From a virus (lineage: Duplodnaviria > Heunggongvirae > Uroviricota > Caudoviricetes), in the IMG/VR virus record IMGVR_UViG_2778261358_000013: 12,575 nucleotides of DNA; one strand, given 5' to 3'. The notes below the pieces were generated by a model. It was given only the letters and a program-made list of their open reading frames with translations. It was not told where the DNA came from and searched no databases. Below are positions 8,788-12,575 of the stretch, piece after piece; positions within the stretch are counted from its first letter, which is position 1, and each line of letters begins with the position of its first letter. Made by a program: the position numbers and the translations under genes.

Positions 8788-8943
8788 CTAAGCTCCCAGA
8801 AGCCCACCCACAGCCTTAGACAGAGTGTCGAATACATTCACACCGAGTCGACCGGAGAGGACCATATAGAGACCCACAGAGAGGAACACGAGTTTATAGA
8901 CCAGAGTCAGGAGGGACCTTAGGTCTGCGGAAGTCATGGACAT
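8788..8943 (-). CDS. Small single-pass membrane protein (51 aa), hypothetical
   Basis: Hand-translated ORF below the track size cutoff: MSMTSADLRSLLTLVYKLVFLSVGLYMVLSGRLGVNVFDTLSKAVGGLLGA. Strong SD AGGAGG (complement of 8949-8954) 4 nt upstream of ATG 8941-8943. One hydrophobic helix (LLTLVYKLVFLSVGLYMVL). Last ORF before the terminal non-coding region. Confidence 0.45.
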   Translation of the reverse strand: MSMTSADLRSLLTLVYKLVFLSVGLYMVLSGRLGVNVFDTLSKAVGGLLGA

Positions 8944-8996
8944 AAAGCCTCCTTCGTCTATTGTACTACTGCACTAGATAACTAGTACAAAACAAA

Positions 8997-9021
8997 GGTC
9001 CAGACCATTGGTCCAGACCAT
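8997..9021. repeat. Tandem direct repeat 2 x ggtccagaccat (period 13)
   Basis: 8997-9008 and 9010-9021 are identical 12-mers separated by one T, in a 238-bp non-coding gap (8944-9181). Each copy contains the GGTC-NN-GACC palindrome. Confidence 0.6.
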
Positions 9022-9181
9022 AGTTATCATGATGATTGGAACGATTGAACGGTAGGCACTTTACATCTCACCCACTGTTCAGCTTCAGCCAGTGACCAGC
9101 ATAGCCGCTTATAGACTCTGCGTGTCATCCAGATTGTTGCTTGATATCGTCCACCCTCCACAGGCTGTATAGATGTCTTAA

Positions 9182-9421
9182 TCACAGTGACAGGCCACCA
9201 CCTGAAGTCCTGCTGATATTCAGTCCAGACTTACCCCTGCTCATGGTCTTACCTCCCTCGGTCTCATGACCTTGGGTATCGACTACAGCTTGCTGAGCGT
9301 CATCTGGAGGAGCTACAGGAGGAGCTACAGGAGGCGGGACCGAAGCCCCACCTTGAGTCCCACCACCACCTGTCAGGCCCTTGGCGATGGACCTGAAGCC
9401 TTTACTAATGCTCTTACCCAT
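9182..9421 (-). CDS. Hypothetical Gly/Pro/Ala-rich small protein (79 aa), probably disordered
   Basis: ORF begins 5 nt after the stop of the upstream 328-aa gene, with no separate SD (possible translational coupling). Contains GGGGTQGG and PPPVAPPVAPP, the latter encoded by a 12-bp tandem repeat. Low-complexity, so the coding call is tentative. Confidence 0.35.
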   Translation of the reverse strand: MGKSISKGFRSIAKGLTGGGGTQGGASVPPPVAPPVAPPDDAQQAVVDTQGHETEGGKTMSRGKSGLNISRTSGGGLSL

Positions 9422-9426
9422 TGGTC

Positions 9427-10413
9427 TTACGCTTCGGTCTTGGTGAACTTCAGGCGTTTGACTACAGGCAGGACGGCAGTAGCTGAGCCAGTGCCCATCT
9501 TGATGGTCGTAGCAGCTTCAGCGACAACGAACACTTTACCGAGGATTTCCAGAGAGTGAGACTGAGAGTCGCCATCACGTGAAAGGATGACCGTAATATT
9601 CTCGCCATCGTGACGGAAGCAACCGAAGCTAAGAGCCGTAAAACGCTTAGCCATCATGAACACGCCACGGTCTTCACCGTTGTAATACGCAATATCCGTC
9701 CCCAGCATATCGACGATAGCGTCTTCACCACCGAAGCCCTGCTTAGCAGCCAGACGGGAGAGAGCCTTGAGGTGTGACTCATGGGCGATGATACCGTAAT
9801 CAGTAACCTCAGAACCGAAAGAAGATTCGGTGTTGTCATACAGAGCATCCATGATAGCATCTGCCTTAGCGGTCAGGCTGCCAGTCAGGACCGGAAGCTC
9901 TACGGTCTTCAACAGTTTGGAGGACTCCAGAACGTCGACCATGCGAGCGTTGATGGTACGGACCACATTCTCACAGATGTTCATAGCATCCTGCTGAAGT
10001 GTGCCCTGAGTGAATCCGGTGGATGACTTGGCGTCCCAGAGCTTGGTCTGCTCAGAGATGAGAATAGCCCGCTCGATTGGTTCGACCACGATTTCTTGTC
10101 CAGACGGAACGGTCACGACTTCAGGTCGCTTACCACCACGGACAGGAACAACCACAGAGCGGTTAGCCAGAGTGTGAGCAATGATTGGAGTAGGCAGGCT
10201 ATTGCGGGTAGGCAGGACTTCTACAGGGAACGGGATGTTCTCCTGAGCGGATTTCAGAACACCATTCAGCATTGTCTTAACCAGTTTAGCCAGCTCAAAG
10301 GCGTAGACCTGAGGGTCTGCGTTAGTTGGCAATCCTTCGTTAATCTGAATGTTGTCGGTGTCGGTGATACGTACTGGCTCAATGCCGAACTGTAAAGCGT
10401 CTTTAATCGTCAT
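9427..10413 (-). CDS. Hypothetical protein (328 aa), function unknown
   Basis: Long ORF. The track start at 10422 is a TTG; the likely start is ATG 10411-10413 (MTIKDALQFG...) with SD AGGAGA 9 nt upstream. No catalytic or nucleotide-binding motif recognised by eye. Confidence 0.7.
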   Translation of the reverse strand: MTIKDALQFGIEPVRITDTDNIQINEGLPTNADPQVYAFELAKLVKTMLNGVLKSAQENIPFPVEVLPTRNSLPTPIIAHTLANRSVVVPVRGGKRPEVVTVPSGQEIVVEPIERAILISEQTKLWDAKSSTGFTQGTLQQDAMNICENVVRTINARMVDVLESSKLLKTVELPVLTGSLTAKADAIMDALYDNTESSFGSEVTDYGIIAHESHLKALSRLAAKQGFGGEDAIVDMLGTDIAYYNGEDRGVFMMAKRFTALSFGCFRHDGENITVILSRDGDSQSHSLEILGKVFVVAEAATTIKMGTGSATAVLPVVKRLKFTKTEA

Positions 10414-10488
10414 AATAATCAATCTCCTGAATTAGTTTGGATACTGTGGGTCCCGACATCAGGTCAGGACCACTTGTGTGTCTGTGTC

Positions 10489-10980
10489 TTAGAGGCTGTC
10501 CATCCAGTTGTCCGTGGACTCAATGTCAGCGACCATAGAAGCACGGGAGCGCCCAGCGGAATGGGTAGCACTGCGGAGGTGCTCACCATAGGTCCGGCGT
10601 TCAGCTTTGACCTGTTCACGGCGCTGTAGCTCTTTCTGCCACTCTGCATCAGTCATGTTCTCTTCACGCATACGCTCAGCCTGAATGCGCTGCTCTTTAG
10701 CAATACGCTCAGCTTCGGCTCGCTTGTTCTGCTGGCGGCGACCATAGGCGGTCATCAGGTCATTACTGAAGAAGTTACCAATGGTCACGCCAGCTTCAGC
10801 CAGAGCTTCCAGTAACTCCATTGCCTCGCGGCTGGTAGACGGCAGGCCTGACAGGTAGCCCGGAATGAGGGTCTTGATAGCGAGCGACAGCGGATAGGGC
10901 TGACCATCCAGACTCACAGTATTCTCGTAGAGATTGATGTCGGTGACTGACAGTTTCCAGTCTTGGTTATTGAATAACAT
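10489..10980 (-). CDS. Hypothetical protein (163 aa) with charged Arg/Glu/Gln-rich predicted helical segment
   Basis: SD AGGAG 8 nt upstream of ATG 10978-10980. Central segment QQNKRAEAERIAKEQRIQAERMREENMTDAEWQKELQRREQVKAERR is typical of a coiled coil or single alpha-helix domain. Confidence 0.65.
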   Translation of the reverse strand: MLFNNQDWKLSVTDINLYENTVSLDGQPYPLSLAIKTLIPGYLSGLPSTSREAMELLEALAEAGVTIGNFFSNDLMTAYGRRQQNKRAEAERIAKEQRIQAERMREENMTDAEWQKELQRREQVKAERRTYGEHLRSATHSAGRSRASMVADIESTDNWMDSL

Positions 10981-11079
10981 AGTAATTACTCCTCTTGAGA
11001 GTTGAGACTATCGGTCAACCACAGGCGTGTTCAGTCCTGCGGCGTCTCCCCGCATCGGTCATCTCAAAAGGTGTTTAAA

Positions 11080-11262
11080 TTAGGCAGACAGTTTCATAGA
11101 GACCAGTTGCGCTATTAGCTCGTCTCGTGATTGGTGCTGGCGGGTCTCATCTTCTGGGTCCAGACCTAGCTCCTTCAGGATGACTTCAGTCCGGTAGCCA
11201 CGGTAACGGAGAGTCATGCGACCCTCAGGTGTGCGTGGGTCGATATGTTGTTTAGTTGTCAT
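11080..11262 (-). CDS. Hypothetical small protein (60 aa)
   Basis: ATG 11260-11262 lies 2 nt after the TAA stop of the upstream 84-aa gene, with SD GAGGA 9 nt upstream. Same strand and codon style as its neighbours. Confidence 0.5.
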   Translation of the reverse strand: MTTKQHIDPRTPEGRMTLRYRGYRTEVILKELGLDPEDETRQHQSRDELIAQLVSMKLSA

Positions 11263-11264
11263 TG

Positions 11265-11519
11265 TTAGAAGTCCTCGTTAGACCAATCATCCACGTCAAA
11301 TTCACTGGTGATAGGTGCTTGGAAGTTAGGTAGACCCTCTGGTATCTCTAGAGGCAGTCGCTCGTCGATTCTCAGTGCCATCTCTTCGTATATATGCCGA
11401 AGCAGAGAAGTCAGTAAGATAGGGTCCACAGGATGCTCAGGGCCGTGTCTCTCAATGAAGCACATGGTTGTCGCTATTGACTCCATAATCAGTTCATCAG
11501 TGAGTCGCTTAGAACCCAT
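11265..11519 (-). CDS. Strongly acidic small protein (84 aa) with acidic C-terminal tail ending in Phe (...EFDVDDWSNEDF)
   Basis: The track ORF is 101 aa from ATG 11570, but the likely start is ATG 11517-11519 (MGSKRLTDELIMES...), which overlaps the last codons of the upstream 281-aa gene (sequence ctATGGGTTCTAAgcg; stop at 11509-11511) as in translational coupling. About 18 Asp/Glu against 6 Lys/Arg. Confidence 0.55.
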   Translation of the reverse strand: MGSKRLTDELIMESIATTMCFIERHGPEHPVDPILLTSLLRHIYEEMALRIDERLPLEIPEGLPNFQAPITSEFDVDDWSNEDF

Positions 11520-12354
11520 AGTCGGACCCCTTGCCCGCTGCTGCTTTCTGGGACTTTGTAGCCTTACCATTCAGGTGAGAATCCACCAGACGACGGACAA
11601 CCTTGATATTGGATGTGCGCATGTCATGAGCGATATCCTTCCAGTTATCCTTCAGCCAGTCATAACCCTTGCGTAGAATCTTGATGGTAGGCTCTTTGTC
11701 GTTAGGCTGTGGCTGTAGACGATAGTAGCCGTTGATCTCACCTTTCTTATTGAAGATGGCTCGTGGACGTCCGGTCGATAGGTCTATAGCCGTAATGCCA
11801 AACTCAGTAACACGCTTGGTGTAGAATGGGTTAGGACGACACAGGGTCTTCAGATATCCAGTCAGGACGCTAGCTGTCAGCAGCTTAGAGCTGGTCAACT
11901 TAAGGTCCAGAGCTTTAATAACCTCGGTAGGCGTGGCTCCTGACTTGGAGTCCAGCTTGGAGTCGAGGACGATAGCACCGGGCGCATAGCTGATAGCTTT
12001 AGTCTGTGCAACCTGAAGTTTCTGGGCCTGAAGTTCGAGGACCTCTTGCTCCTTCTGGCGAATATAGGCTAGGACCTTACGACGCACAGCTTTAGACTCA
12101 CGCATCCCGACTAGTAGAAGCTGGTCAGTGTTGAGGGTATAGCTTTTAACGTCCTTCCCGAAGCTTACGAAAATTTCGTAGGTCACATTTTGACCTTCCA
12201 GCTCATCCTCAATACGGGACACAAAGTCGTTATTACGGACAGGCTTCTCCCCCGCTTCTTCACGAGCCGGATTAATAACCTTGGTTAGAAAATCGTGGGA
12301 GGTCATAGACACAAGCTGGTCGAGGTTAATGATGCTAATTTCTTTGGATGACAT
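11509..12354 (-). CDS. Hypothetical protein (281 aa), function unknown
   Basis: Long ORF with SD AAGGAG 9 nt upstream of ATG 12352-12354. Lys/Arg-rich C-terminus. No motif recognised by eye. First gene of the minus-strand run visible in the window. Confidence 0.7.
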   Translation of the reverse strand: MSSKEISIINLDQLVSMTSHDFLTKVINPAREEAGEKPVRNNDFVSRIEDELEGQNVTYEIFVSFGKDVKSYTLNTDQLLLVGMRESKAVRRKVLAYIRQKEQEVLELQAQKLQVAQTKAISYAPGAIVLDSKLDSKSGATPTEVIKALDLKLTSSKLLTASVLTGYLKTLCRPNPFYTKRVTEFGITAIDLSTGRPRAIFNKKGEINGYYRLQPQPNDKEPTIKILRKGYDWLKDNWKDIAHDMRTSNIKVVRRLVDSHLNGKATKSQKAAAGKGSDYGF

Positions 12355-12496
12355 ATCGTTGTACTCCTTTTGTTATGCCTCCTGAAGTCACACCCTGAAA
12401 GCCTACTCAAGCCCCCAACGATAGGGAGACTCACAGGCAACAGGAGACATACAGAAAGACTTGAGGTAATAAGGTCGTGTGAAGACCATAGTTGAT

Positions 12497-12534
12497 AAGT
12501 AAGCGTCAACGGAGCACCGTATTGACGCTTATTT
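12497..12534. promoter_or_regulatory. Strong inverted repeat / stem-loop upstream of the 281-aa gene (candidate processing site, terminator or operator)
   Basis: Perfect 10-bp inverted repeat taagcgtcaa (12500-12509) / ttgacgctta (12522-12531) around a 12-nt centre that itself pairs cgg/ccg. Flanked by aataaataa on one side. Lies ~150 bp upstream of the 281-aa start. Confidence 0.4.
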
Positions 12535-12575
12535 ATTAGTGAGTACTACGTTCCATGGCAGGAGTTCGTCAACTC

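Larger units (their letters stand above)
8527..12575. other. Compositionally foreign, lytic-phage-like DNA segment (right-hand boundary not in window)
   Basis: Abrupt change in oligonucleotide usage at ~8527: one GATC (11734-11737) and no CCAGG/CCTGG in ~4.05 kb, against frequent GATC in the host part. All credible ORFs are on the minus strand with strong SDs and tight spacing. T7-like end motifs and a recurring GGTC-NN-GACC palindrome are present. Confidence 0.7.

Noticed and set aside
8734-8922. Plus-strand 62-aa ORF in the terminal region
   Set aside because: Antisense to the 51-aa minus-strand ORF that has a strong AGGAGG SD; no SD of its own.
8944-9181. Possible small genes in the 238-bp gap (for example a 35-codon ORF from ATG near 9126 on the minus strand)
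   Set aside because: No SD and no coupling to neighbours. The gap is better explained as regulatory or repeat-containing non-coding DNA.
9427-10413. The 328-aa protein as a major capsid protein (and the 163-aa protein as scaffold)
   Set aside because: Size and position are suggestive, but I see no similarity to T7 gp10, lambda E, HK97 gp5 or P2 N, and no portal, protease or terminase nearby. Left as unknown function.
9266-11676. Plus-strand track ORFs inside the foreign segment (9266..9559, 9781..10026, 10096..10395, 11308..11676)
   Set aside because: Each lies entirely antisense to a longer minus-strand ORF that has a good SD, and none has its own ribosome-binding site. Treated as shadow ORFs.
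12415-12437. T7-promoter-like fragment cgATAGGGAGActcac
   Set aside because: Only the +1 region ATAGGGAGA resembles the T7 class consensus; the upstream TAATACGACTCACT part is absent, so it is not called a phage promoter.
12303-12509. Minus-strand 68-aa ORF overlapping the start of the 281-aa gene
   Set aside because: Starts inside the inverted repeat, has no SD and runs out of frame across the 281-aa gene start. Likely spurious.
1-12575. CRISPR arrays, tRNA/rRNA genes, IS elements
   Set aside because: No spaced direct repeats of CRISPR type, no cloverleaf-like tRNA candidates and no transposase-like ORF. The only tandem repeats are the short ones reported above.

Overview
The window joins two very different kinds of DNA. 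Positions 1-8526 are Escherichia coli-type chromosome: the int/xis end of a prophage (the rest lies left of the window), then rspB, rspA (frameshifted), ynfA, ynfB, speG, ynfC, ynfD and the 5-prime ~470 codons of ynfE. At about 8527, inside ynfE, the sequence switches to ~4.05 kb of foreign DNA that runs to the window end. This segment has one GATC and no CCWGG, carries T7-group-like terminal motifs and a recurring GGTC-NN-GACC palindrome, and encodes seven tightly packed minus-strand ORFs with no function I can recognise. I read it as the terminal region of a virulent T7-flavoured coliphage, whose predicted genome end coincides with the junction; that makes an assembly chimera or artificial join as likely as a real insertion. 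The ORFan cassette, including a strongly acidic 84-aa protein with an SSB/T7-tail-like C-terminus, is the best candidate for an undescribed system, but its function is inference only. No rRNA, tRNA or CRISPR array was found. All homology statements are from memory and manual reading, not from searches.
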